Assembly (NCBI RefSeq): GCF_006345805.1
Contig: NW_021825583.1
Location: forward strand, 1-14,791
Direction of reading: 5' to 3'
From: Octopus sinensis
Taxonomy: Eukaryota
Length of the DNA: 14,791 nt
Made by a program: the position numbers and the translations under genes. This document shows positions 1 through 9,537 of this stretch, one piece after another; within the stretch, counting starts at the first letter, position 1, and the number at the start of each line of letters is the position of its first letter. Below the pieces are notes generated by a model. That model saw nothing but the letters and a program-made list of their open reading frames with translations, was not told where the DNA came from and did no database searches.

Positions 1-69
1 ACTCGTTGACACAATAGATTACAGTATCGCACTTAATGACCCTAGGGGCAACATGTTACCCAACCCACT

Positions 70-215
70 TTAACTTCCGAGATCGACTTTGCCTTTTATC
101 CTTCCGGGGATGGTAACATTGGGACGAGTCAAGTACTTGGAGTCGCTTTAAGTAAGTATACGGTTTCGCTCAACAAAGCACGTGGTCTTGTGCTCAAGTG
201 AGACATTATTATTTA
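70..215 (+). mobile_element. Degenerate 5'-truncated SINE (family B in this window)
   Basis: CCGAGATCGACTTTGCCTTTTATCCTTCCGGGG (77-109) matches CTGAGGTCGACTTTGCCTTTCATCCTTTCGGGG (~4322-4354) and 12908-12940. It ends in GGTCTTGTGC...ATTATTATT, like the other copies' 3' ends. Confidence 0.75.
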
Positions 216-294
216 TTAATTACTCAAATGTGGTTGATGGTCGGCTGAGCATCATATTTAATGTCTTGTCGTATTTAGTTATGATTCTTTAGCT

Positions 295-700
295 TATTTC
301 TTTGTTCTTTTTGTCTTTCTCTTTTTTCACTCGTTTGAGTGTCGCCATGCTGGAGCACCACCTTGAAGGAGCTTTGTCTAACGTATTAACCTCAGTACTT
401 ATTATTTCTATGTAAAGCCTGGTACTTATTCTATCAGTCGCTTTTGCCGAACCGTTAAGTTACAGGGACGGTAACACACCCACACCGGTTGCCTAGTAGT
501 GACGAGGGACAAACACAGACACAAAGATACACACAAACAAATATGAATATACGACGGGCTTCTTTCAGTTTCCGTCGGCCAATTCCACTCACAAGGCTTT
601 GGTCAGCCCAAGGCTATAGTAGAAGACACTTGCCCAAGGTGCCACACAGTGGGACTGAACCCAGAACCATTTGATTGGGAAGTAAACTTCTTACTACATA
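295..700 (-). mobile_element. Near full-length tRNA-derived SINE (family A; octopus OR/OK-type, CORE-like central domain)
   Basis: The minus strand reads a decayed tRNA-like head with B-box GGGTTCAGTCCC, then CACCTTGGGCAAGTGTCTTC (resembles the CORE/V-domain start CCTTGGGCAAG). An internal GT-rich tract, a 3' domain ending GGTGCTCCAGCATGGCG and an A/G-rich tail follow. Family naming is from memory of octopus SINEs. Confidence 0.8.
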
Positions 701-1031
701 TTCATTTGTTTAAGTCAATGTTTGTATAATATATTGTTGTATCTTCCACATTTAAATACCACCCATTATGATGGATTGTTGTGCTTTAAGCCAAAATTTA
801 TTTCACGAAAACAAAACACGCAATAATATGATGCAGTTAATTTTAGGTTGGAAAGAAAAAATAAAAACAGATCAACGCTTCGGACAAGTGATCTTCATCA
901 AGAAACAGAGAGCAGGAATAATAGTGGAAAATATATTAAAAAAAAAACACACACGCAAACATTCATGCATAGTTCTACAATCTTTTCGGGATAAGTAAAA
1001 GAGTATCAGTCAAACACTAGAGTCTACGTAA

Positions 1032-1398
1032 TCTCTCTATATATAAACGGCAAAATGTCTGTCTGTGTGTGTGCCCTTTATACAAATCCACAATTTTTCT
1101 GTTAAAGGGCTCGCACTTTCTATGGTCATTCAAAACCGTCCCAGGGTGGTCGTGCACATCTTTACATTTCCCCAGTCACCCGCAAAGCCATTAAAAAATC
1201 AATAGAAGTGATTTTTTTGTGAATTTTCTATCCAAAACCCAATCAAAATGCCCGAAACTTGATACGCCAATTGAATGCCCGCTGGCTGTATGTGAGTGGT
1301 CGGAGACTTGGACAGTACTCGCGTGTATGTGCGCACGCACGCAGCTGTGTACGCATGCACTAGCACTATGACCCGGCCTTACTGGGTCATAGTGCTAG
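1032..1398 (+). mobile_element. Non-autonomous Helitron-like element (~367 bp)
   Basis: It begins TC (TCTCTCTATATATAAACGGC, followed by a GTCT/GT microsatellite) right after an A at 1031. It ends CTAG at 1395-1398 right before a T at 1399, with a hairpin at the 3' end. An A|T target with no TSD is the Helitron signature. Confidence 0.75.
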
Positions 1399-1399
1399 T
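1359..1399. repeat. Perfect 16-bp inverted repeat (hairpin) at the Helitron 3' end
   Basis: ACTAGCACTATGACCC (1359-1374) is the exact reverse complement of GGGTCATAGTGCTAGT (1384-1399), with a 9-nt loop GGCCTTACT. Confidence 0.95.
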
Positions 1400-1768
1400 C
1401 GTATATACACACTCTCACCGCAATCTTTGCCCTTGTAGCTATGTAATTGATAACCTCGTCTTTTAGCATTTTAAACTTACTAACATTACCTTATTTTACA
1501 TCAGACACAAGACGCAGAGAAAATACTAAGAGCGAAGACCTTTCTCCACTGATTAAATGATTAAACGAACTTTTAATGTTTACTGTTCATTTTATACGAC
1601 TCTTGAAGGGGTGAAACAAAGTCAGTCGGTTTCAAAATCAGAATATAGACAATGAGACAATTACAAGCTTTCAGATAGATCCGTGCCATCCTCAGTGAAC
1701 TTACCGGTTTAATATATTTGTAAGTGTGCCGTGGATTAACCAATGCAGAACAGCATATATACATAGAA

Positions 1769-1770
<2 letters not shown>

Positions 1771-1821
<51 letters not shown>
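1771..1821. repeat. (TA)n microsatellite
   Basis: Uninterrupted AT dinucleotide run of about 25 units. Confidence 0.97.
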
Positions 1822-1823
<2 letters not shown>

Positions 1824-1938
1824 TTGATTGATAGATAAACACACACAGCACGCAAACACATACAATGTACGGTCTTACTACACGCGAGCTCTTAGTGACA
1901 CAAAATCAACAATATCAACGTAATGCACACTATAACAC

Positions 1939-2254
1939 ATTAGCGTTAAATTTGCGAAAAAAAAAACATAGCCAATGTACATTATAACAAACATTATCAT
2001 ATTAGCTGTGAAGTGTGTATAAATATATACACAATGTAACAGAGGGACGCATTTGCTGTAAATAGATATAAACATATACCCAATATACCAAATTCTTAGA
2101 AATTAGCTGTAAGTGGTTAAGCCTACTTACACAAAGCAACATACTAAAATACATTAGCTTTAAGACAGCAAAAACATAAATACAAGATAACGTACATTAA
2201 CACATTAGCTGTGAAATAGTAAAATAACGTAGACAACAACAGATTAGCTGTAAG
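1939..2254. repeat. Degenerate ~51-bp minisatellite with conserved 12-bp core ATTAGCTGTRAR (7 cores)
   Basis: Cores start at 1939, 2001, 2051, 2102, 2153, 2204 and 2243, giving spacings of 62, 50, 51, 51, 51 and 39. The inter-core segments are diverged but partly alignable. Confidence 0.85.
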
Positions 2255-2346
2255 TACGTAAAACTACATACGCGATGCCCCACAAGTTAACTGGGATATA
2301 AACACATATACATACAACAGAAGCACACTCTCACACACGAAACTAT

Positions 2347-2369
2347 ATATGTAATGCATATATATGTAT

Positions 2370-2423
<54 letters not shown>

Positions 2424-2431
2424 ATATATAA
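2347..2431. repeat. Interrupted (TA)n microsatellite
   Basis: TA run with single-base interruptions. Confidence 0.95.
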
Positions 2432-2619
2432 TGATAGGTAGGTACAATACAGAAGACACAGAGTGAGATTTCACAAAACCAAACCAAATAACAACGAACA
2501 TTGACATTCTCTAACCTGCCATTCTTGAATAAACAGTGTAAAAAGAAGTTACAAAACAAGACCTGCCTAAAGGTATATAGGTGTGTGTGTGCACAAATGC
2601 ATGCATATATATCTATAGC

Positions 2620-2739
2620 TAACTATACATGCATACATACACACATACCTACATACATGCATATATATATATTATATATATATATATGTATGGATGTATG
2701 TATATATATATATATATATACATATATTATATACATATA

Positions 2740-2771
<32 letters not shown>

Positions 2772-2812
2772 GTATATATGTGTGTATGTATGTATGTATG
2801 TGGTATGTATAT
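2620..2812. repeat. Compound (CATA)n/(TA)n/(TATG)n microsatellite
   Basis: Directly visible. It explains the four spurious ORFs spanning 2501-2817. Confidence 0.9.
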
Positions 2813-2880
2813 AACATTTCTACTCATAATTCTAATTACATCGCTTTAATCTACTCTAACATTCTCTTCTCCCTTGTTCA

Positions 2881-2942
2881 TCGCCACCGCCACCTCCAGT
2901 TCCACTACCACCACTACCATCACCACCATCATCATCATCATT

Positions 2943-2975
<33 letters not shown>

Positions 2976-3003
2976 GTCATCGTCATCTTCTTCGTCTTCT
3001 TCT
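2881..3003. repeat. (CAC)/(CAT)n/(CGT)/(CTT) trinucleotide compound repeat
   Basis: Directly visible. It is the source of the poly-His ORF 2780-3055. Confidence 0.92.
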
Positions 3004-3054
3004 CTCACTCTCTTTACCGCTTTTAACTCTTACACTAATCAGACACACTCACTG

Positions 3055-3121
3055 ACACGCACACACACACACGCACATACATATATACAAACGTACATGA
3101 ATATGTGTGTATATGTACATG

Positions 3122-3160
<39 letters not shown>

Positions 3161-3262
3161 GTGCTTAAATATATACCTATATATATAGATTTATAGATTT
3201 ATATATATACATATATATATATATATATACATATATATATGCATGTATGTATAAGTATGTAT
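3055..3262. repeat. (CA)n and (TA)n/(TATG)n microsatellite cluster
   Basis: Directly visible. Confidence 0.9.
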
Positions 3263-3508
3263 GTATTTACATTCATCAGTATGTGTATATGCCGTTCACT
3301 AAAACACAACCCAATCACTCTTGCACAGTCAAATGCTATCTCCTCGTCTCGATGTTACAAGCCATTATCTCAGCTATTTACAGCTCTATTCAATTAAACA
3401 CTTACTTGCCTTAATTACGCTTTTCGTTCCTAAGAACGGCTAGCATCCACTTTGTAATTAACTGATCAACCGACTAACTGCTTTTAAACTATCTTCCTCT
3501 TTGCATAG

Positions 3509-3773
3509 CAACACCATCATCGTTAACATCACTATCATCGGTGATGTCATTACTAACACCACCACCACCAACAACAACAACAACAACAGCAGCTGCAGTA
3601 ACAGCAACAACAACAATAACACATCCACCTTTAAACCACCATCACCCACCACCACCACCACCACCATCACCACCGTCCTACAATTACCACAGCACAGCAG
3701 CAACAACAACAACGACATAAGCGAAAACAACAACAGGAAAGTCCGAGGCGGCACGTGGTCGGTTCCTTCCTAG
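3509..3773 (+). other. Low-complexity (ACC/AAC/AGC)-rich segment; possible exon after an acceptor-like site
   Basis: It is preceded by GACTAAC...ATCTTCCTCTTTGCATAG (AG at 3507-3508). One frame stays open to 3773 as an Asn/Thr-rich peptide, but no domain is recognisable. Confidence 0.2.
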
Positions 3774-4042
3774 AAATGGCAGTTTCAAAGAAGACCCTTT
3801 GGATAGTGGTACAATGCTCCCTGCGCAGAAGAATAAATGATACGGTGATCATGGCTGGTTACCATCCCCACCGCCACATTCCCACACCATTATCAACATT
3901 CCCGGCATTCTTGTAATTACAACGCTTCTAATTTAAGATTACTTCAACATGTCCGCATCAGTATAATCGATATGCTATCAGCTTCTGAGGGCAATGATTT
4001 CGATAGAATTGTCAAGTAATAGACGAAATCGCTTCAGACTTT

Positions 4043-4255
4043 GGATTGGTAGAATCGTCAGAGCTGGACAGAATGGGTTGGCATATTTCATTTGTCGCTT
4101 TATGTTCTAATTTCAAAATCCCACTGAAGTCAACTTTTCCTCTTATCCTTGCGATGTCGATGAAATAAAATAACGGTCAGGGACTGGAGTCCAGGTACTC
4201 GTCTAGATTCCCACTCTCGAAATTGCTTGCTTTTGCCTAAAAGAGAAATAGTTAT
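4043..4255 (+). mobile_element. Old, diverged near full-length SINE (family B)
   Basis: It is colinear with 12821-13036: TGGTAGAATCGTCAG head, TTATGTTCTAATTTCAAAATCCCACTGAAGTCAACTTTTCC core, GTCGATGAAATAA and a TTGCCTAAAAGAGAAA 3' end followed by an ATT/GTT tail. Confidence 0.7.
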
Positions 4256-4273
4256 TACCATTGTTGTTATTAC

Positions 4274-4762
4274 TCTTATTGAAGACGTCGCTCAGTATCC
4301 ATTATTGTGATGTAGATTCCACTGAGGTCGACTTTGCCTTTCATCCTTTCGGGGTCGATAAATTAAGTTTCAATGTTTCACTGGGATTGATATCATCGAT
4401 TAGTCCCCACTCCATAAATTTGAGGCCTTGTGCCTCCAGCAGAAAGGATTATTGTGATGTAGATTGAAGATATTGTATGTACGGGGACTTGTATTGTCTG
4501 TCAAGTCACAACAAGGTCCACAGACAGTTCTTTGCGTAGTGTGCAGTATGCGTGGAGTTCCAAGTAAAGTCGGTTTTTGCAATACACCAAGATTGTAGGA
4601 TATTTCTAAAGTATTCAGATGTTTCTTCGGGTTGGTGGTATTCAATTCAATGCTCCGATAGCAACAGAAACAACATTTATGTTTGACTCTCACAGCAGCA
4701 ATATCTTGGCGATCTCAAATTTCAGGTCTCCATATTTGTCGACCTTTTCTCTTTCTTTCATG
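4274..4762 (-). mobile_element. 5'-truncated non-LTR retrotransposon relic, RLE endonuclease C-terminus (R4/Dong-like), interrupted by a SINE
   Basis: The minus-strand translation across stops and frameshifts gives KEREKVDKYGDLKFEIAK..NVVSVAIGAL..KKHLNTLEISYNLGVLQKPTLLGTPRIL..RKELSV. This matches the EKxxKYxxL...V.GALG...QK..LLGTAxILRKVL end typical of R4/Dong/NeSL-type ORFs. Both flanks are (ATT/GTT) repeats. Confidence 0.75.
4319..4447 (+). mobile_element. Young 5'-truncated SINE (family B) with 18-bp target-site duplication
   Basis: ATTATTGTGATGTAGATT occurs identically at 4301-4318 and 4448-4465, bracketing a SINE body (GAGGTCGACTTTGCCTTTCATCCTTTCGGGGTCGATAAATTAAG ... GGCCTTGTGCC..AGAAAGG). 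Confidence 0.88.
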
Positions 4763-4945
4763 TTTATTGTCGTTGTCGTTGTTGTTGTTACCATTATTGT
4801 TTTTTTGTTATGGAACTTGCGCACAATAACATCTAGGTTACAGGTTTCCAACAGTCAGTTAATCCTTAATTTACTTAGGGTTAAGAAAACCACAAACGTT
4901 ATATATATAATTTTTTTCTAATTTATATATATATATATATATATA

Positions 4946-5450
4946 ACTTAGGTAATTTAGATATGTTTCTACCAAAGATTGGTCCAGGCCACGCCTAACT
5001 TACTAGCACCACCTGATAGGATTTGCTAAATCCTTTTAAAGTCAAGTTTTGTGGTATCATGGCCCATTCGAGTAGGGAGTTCTTGTTGAGTGACTTGTAT
5101 CCAGGTATAGATGACTTATCTGATATTCCCTGAAGAAATTTGTCCAGATTCCGTTTAAAGGTGATGGGATTATTTCCCTCTTTCATCTGTTTCGAGACAA
5201 TGTTAAATAGGGCAATGTTTAAATGTCGAAGGAAAAAAATTATACTGCAGTGTATTTGTGTGTTGTGATCTGGATTGGGTTGGAGAGTATGGCCCGTGGT
5301 CTTAGCCTTGAATGAACTCTGGAACTAATGTTGAGGTCGTCTGGGCAATGATGGTGGTATTTTCTCCACATTGTGCATATGCTGTATCGCTCACGGTGGC
5401 GCTGGAGTGATGGTCAGTCGTACCCTTAATTATTTTAGTGAATGCCGTCT
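4946..5450 (-). mobile_element. CR1/L2-group LINE 3' fragment, copy 1 (pseudogenised ORF2 C-terminus plus 3' UTR)
   Basis: The minus-strand peptides LQRHRERYSICTMWRK..HCPDD and ITFKRNLDKFLQGISDKSSIPGYKSLNKNSLLEWA are homologous to 10989-11660. The 3'-UTR block CTAACTTACTAGCACCACCTG (4995-5015) matches 11035-11055 at 20/21. Confidence 0.85.
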
Positions 5451-6214
5451 GGTTCAATTTTCGAAAGGATTTGTTTAACTCTTTTAGTGAATGTCAATTC
5501 CGTCTGTAACCCTCACCCATCTTTTCGACTCTTTATTTGGTTCTTGTCCTAAAAAATTTTGCAAAGTTGTAGGACACTAAAGATATGTATGTGTGTGTGT
5601 GTGTGCACCCATACATATATACTCATGCACGCACATGCATTATGTATATATGTACGTGTGTGTGTTTGTGTGCCCGCCCGCCCGCGTGCGTGTGTATTTG
5701 TATATAGACTAGCATTACACGCTTTCAATAGTAACGTGTATCAAGTACATCAGTGGTTTCATATAAAAACATTTCTTAAATATATGTATATATACAGACA
5801 TTAAAATAACATATATAATTAATTAACCATATTACATAACTTATTCTACTTTATAACTCAACATATGTAATTTGTCATATAGACTCGTTATTAATACTTG
5901 AATAAATGCCAAAAACATCCTTAACGATGTTGTCAAAGATAATATATATATATATATATATATATATTTAATAAATTTAGAAAATCATTTTATAAAATAA
6001 ATCGAATTGGGTGTGAACGCTTTTTGCTAATGAATTCATAACTAAATAAGCAATTATTATAACTGATTATTTCTTTTAATTAATCACTTATGTAGCTAGT
6101 TATTTATTTATCTTTTTTTATGTATTTATTTATCTTAGAGTGTTCGAACTTAAAACACTCGGAAGGAAATAGAGCTAATTCACATATAACAAGCCAGAAG
6201 AATGAAACGTTTAT

Positions 6215-6262
6215 GTAGTAGTAGTAGTAGTAGTAGTAGTAGGAGGAGGAGGAGGAGGAGGA
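6215..6262. repeat. (GTA)n followed by (GGA)n compound microsatellite
   Basis: Directly visible. Confidence 0.95.
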
Positions 6263-7589
6263 AGAGGGGGGCTACTTGGTCCTACTAAGTGAAGAAAACT
6301 CTATTTCAAGAAAAAATCGTTAACATTCTTTAAAATAGGACTTCCAGCCCAAGAGGAAAGCTCTCTACAGTGATTCGAAAAACTAAAAATAGTGGCCAGT
6401 TCTCTTTTAAATCACACTCGATTGTCTTTCAAAAATATACGCAAAAAGTAGGTAAATAAGCAAACAAATAAATAAGTAAAAGCTAAGATATATTTGTTGG
6501 CGTCGCCCTAAATGAAGAATACACGAAAACAGGACGAAATAGTAAGAATTGGAACAACTTGCGCATCGGTCGGAACAAGCACATCGTCATCAACAGCGAT
6601 TAAAGACAATATTTGTTATTCTTTTAGTATTTTTCATTTTATAGGTCCTAAAATTTAAGACACCTTGCTCATTAATCAATTTATGAATACAAGGCACCTC
6701 CAAATTAAAAAAGATAAAGTTTTCGGGGTCAGTTTATTTTTCTAATATACGATGAATTCATGCGAAATTTTCGACATGGGTTGTTATCTATTTAGTCGGC
6801 CTGCCTCTCAGCCAAAATTTTTCTCAAGTAGCGATAACTGAGGATATTCCAATATACACACACACATACATAAATATATACATCCACACCTATTCACACT
6901 TGCAAAAATATAAGGCACTGCAGATGTGTGGAAGACATAGTCGCACTTAATATGAAATACCAGTAAAATTTTCCTGTCAAGGCTTCAATAAAAACCTAGA
7001 TTAATAGACCCGACATAATGATCAGGGTTTATCAGTTGAAAGCAGTCATCTAGAAAGTGTTGACATAATGTTATAGATTAGTGAAAAGGGCAGCATTTGT
7101 GTGGATCCGATGAGAAACGGTGACTATTGATTACAATTTCTACCTATGGATATTAGAGCATTTGATAACTTGACGAACAGCCTCAGTACCAATTTTGATG
7201 AGCTATGTTTCAGAAACCAAAGAACACGATTAATCAAGACCCTACAACATACAAAATATCGAAAACACTGTCGAAATATGCGAAACATTTTAAAAGTTTA
7301 ACATATAAGTTTAAAGTATAACATGTGAAATGATGCCTATGTCGGCAACCGTTAGTGCATTCTTATATGCGTACAATGTGCACATGCATACTTGAATGCA
7401 TGCATTCATATGTGCGTGCATGCACGTACGTATACAACCCTTCAACTTTCTCTGCCTAAAAAGGTTTTCACCCTGATATTTACAATCAATTATTATCTTA
7501 TTCTGCTCGGATTTTCACCGTTCCCAAAGAGTAAATATTTCATGACCTCTCGAAGTTCCTGAATTGTCATGACATTAAGAATATATATG

Positions 7590-7656
7590 TTTGTGTGTGT
7601 GTGTGTGTATGTGTGTGTGTATGTGTGTGTGTGTGTGCGTGCGTGCGTGCGTACGT
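7590..7656. repeat. (GT)n/(GCGT)n microsatellite
   Basis: Directly visible. Confidence 0.93.
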
Positions 7657-7771
7657 GTGTATCTTTACGAGTGAGTGGACAAACAAAAGAAGATCACTCA
7701 ACACATTTATTGGGAGTCACATGTATGGCTCAAAACAGTTTGAGGATACCTATAGATATATATATATGTAT

Positions 7772-8054
7772 ATCACCGTGATCACCGTGACCGACCAGGC
7801 TATCAGATGTTGCTACACATCGCTGGTCACAATGACGCCACTCCGATGGCTAAGCGAGCAGGCCAACAGAAGAAAGAGTGAGAGAAAGTTGTGGCGAAAG
7901 AGTACAGCAGGGATCGCCACCACCCCCTACCGGAGCCTCGTGGAGCTTTAGGTGTTTTCGCTCAATAAACACTCACAACGCCCGATCTGGGAATCGAAAC
8001 CGCGATCCTACAACTGCGAGTCCGCTGCCCTAACCACTGGGCCATTGCGCCTCC
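7772..8054 (-). mobile_element. Well-preserved tRNA-derived SINE (family C; tRNA-Arg-like head)
   Basis: The minus strand begins GGAGGCGCAATGGCCCAGTGGTTAGGGCAGCGGACTCGCAG...GGTTTCGATTCCC, with an intact A-box (TGGCCCAGTGG) and a B-box. A non-tRNA body follows, ending in the tandem tail (CACGGTGAT)2. There is no CCA or acceptor-stem closure. Confidence 0.88.
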
Positions 8055-8126
8055 ACACACACACAGACACACACACACACACACACACCCACACACACAC
8101 ACACCACACACACACACACACATTAC

Positions 8127-8160
<34 letters not shown>

Positions 8161-8164
8161 ATAT
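8054..8164. repeat. (CA)n and (TA)n microsatellites
   Basis: Directly visible. Confidence 0.93.
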
Positions 8165-8179
8165 GTAATGTATGTATTT

Positions 8180-8319
8180 ATGTTCGGTTCAAGTCTCCCT
8201 TGACCACAAATGGCCTGAACTATTTACATGAACACCACCCTGTAGATAACTCCATGTCCCCCTACATGGCCTTGCTTTTCGCTTTTTGAACCCCAAAATT
8301 AACTAACTAACTAACTAAC
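8180..8319 (+). mobile_element. Possible retroposon 3' end with (AACT)n tail
   Basis: A relatively GC-richer unique segment ends in about five AACT units (8299-8319), a tail type seen in LINE/SINE 3' ends. The family is not established. Confidence 0.35.
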
Positions 8320-8397
8320 ATGTATGTATGTGTGTATGTATGTATGTATGTATGTATGTATGTATGTATGTATGTATGTATGTATGTATGTATGTAT
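8320..8397. repeat. (TATG)n microsatellite
   Basis: Near-perfect tetranucleotide run. Confidence 0.96.
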
Positions 8398-8754
8398 AGC
8401 ATCTGCAGTCATCCTCCAGAACACAAATGAGCAAACGCTTGTCCAGTATATTCCACTTATAAATTCACAAACAAACACAAACGATGTCGATACAAGAACC
8501 AGAGAACGTGCATGCACACACACACGCGCTCAAACACACACATACAAACACACATACACACACACAAGCACATATCTATGTACACACATCTACTCACATA
8601 GATGTCCATACACGCATGCACTTATACGAAGGATACAAAACACACACATATCAAATATATTGTGTGTATTTTTTATACATGTCTGTATTCTGTAGGACAG
8701 GAATATTTGGCGAAATAAATTCAAAATAATATTGTATTTAAAAGAAAAAACATT

Positions 8755-8975
8755 TCTTTTTCTTCTTCATCTTCTTCTTTTTCTTCTTCTTCTTCTTCTT
8801 CTTCTTCTTCTTCTTCTTCTTCTTCTTCCTCCTCTTCTTCTTTTTCTTCTTTTTCTTCCTCCTCTTCTTCTTTTTCTTCTTCTTCTTCTTCTTCTTCTTC
8901 TTCTTCTTCTTCTAATTATTATTATTATTATTATTAGCAGCAGAAGTAGTTGTAGTATCATCATCATCATCATCA
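8755..8975. repeat. (CTT)n polypyrimidine tract followed by (ATT)n and (CAT)n
   Basis: Directly visible. It is the source of the poly-Leu and poly-Arg ORFs. Confidence 0.95.
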
Positions 8976-9177
8976 GCACTATAATCATGGTCCTCGTCAC
9001 CGTCTTTGTTGTAGTTGTTTTTTTTTATATGCATATATGCTTGTATGCGTGTCTGTGTATATATGTGTGTGTGTGTGTGTGTATTTGTGTTTGCGTGTGT
9101 GTGTTCTAATCGTTTGAATATTTTTCTATTTGTATACATTATACATTTTTTCTGGCAATTTAACAAAATGATTTATA

Positions 9178-9215
9178 TAATAATAATAATAACAACAACA
9201 ACAACAACAACAACA

Positions 9216-9270
<55 letters not shown>

Positions 9271-9330
9271 TGATGATGATGATGATAATGATGATGATGA
9301 TGATGATAATAATAATAATAATAATAATGA
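9178..9330. repeat. (AAT)n/(AAC)n/(GAT)n compound trinucleotide repeat
   Basis: Directly visible. Confidence 0.96.
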
Positions 9331-9537
9331 AAATCTTTTTATGTTGATAATGATTTCTTCGAATGATAGTGATGATAATGATAATAATTCCAATATTTTG
9401 ACAGACAAGTTTGCGTGTGCAGTTTTTTTTTTTAATATCAAAAATATTTGAAACAATTTACGTTACTGACTAAAATATATTTTGAAAAATGAAATGTCTG
9501 GTGGTTTCTGGCCAACCCAAGCATACATGTTTATAAG

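Noticed and set aside
1939-2254. CRISPR array interpretation of the 51-bp periodic repeat
   Set aside because: The core is only 12 bp, variable and non-palindromic. The linkers are homologous to one another, there are no cas genes, and the context is eukaryotic.
1878-2254. 17-codon protein repeat (51 bp = 17 aa)
   Set aside because: Stop codons occur within units on both strands, and the 50- and 62-bp spacings break frame.
2620-2815. Long quasi-palindrome ((CATA)n ... (TATG)n)
   Set aside because: The complementarity comes only from simple-repeat composition and the arms do not align uniquely.
3998-4037. Possible extra copy of the family B SINE head just upstream of 4043
   Set aside because: The similarity (GATAGAATTGTCAAG...GACGAAATCGCTT) is too short and degenerate to call.
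6720-6845. Possible DNA-transposon/MITE subterminal fragment
   Set aside because: It looks repeat-like, but no matching TIR or TSD was found in the window, so it cannot be supported without a search.
7003-7026. NRPDIMIR peptide resembling the RLE endonuclease PD motif
   Set aside because: It is only 8 codons, followed by stops, with no downstream D..EK..KY motif in frame, so it may be chance.
7985-8054. tRNA-Arg gene on the minus strand
   Set aside because: A- and B-boxes are present but the acceptor and anticodon stems do not close. The sequence continues into a SINE body with a tandem tail.
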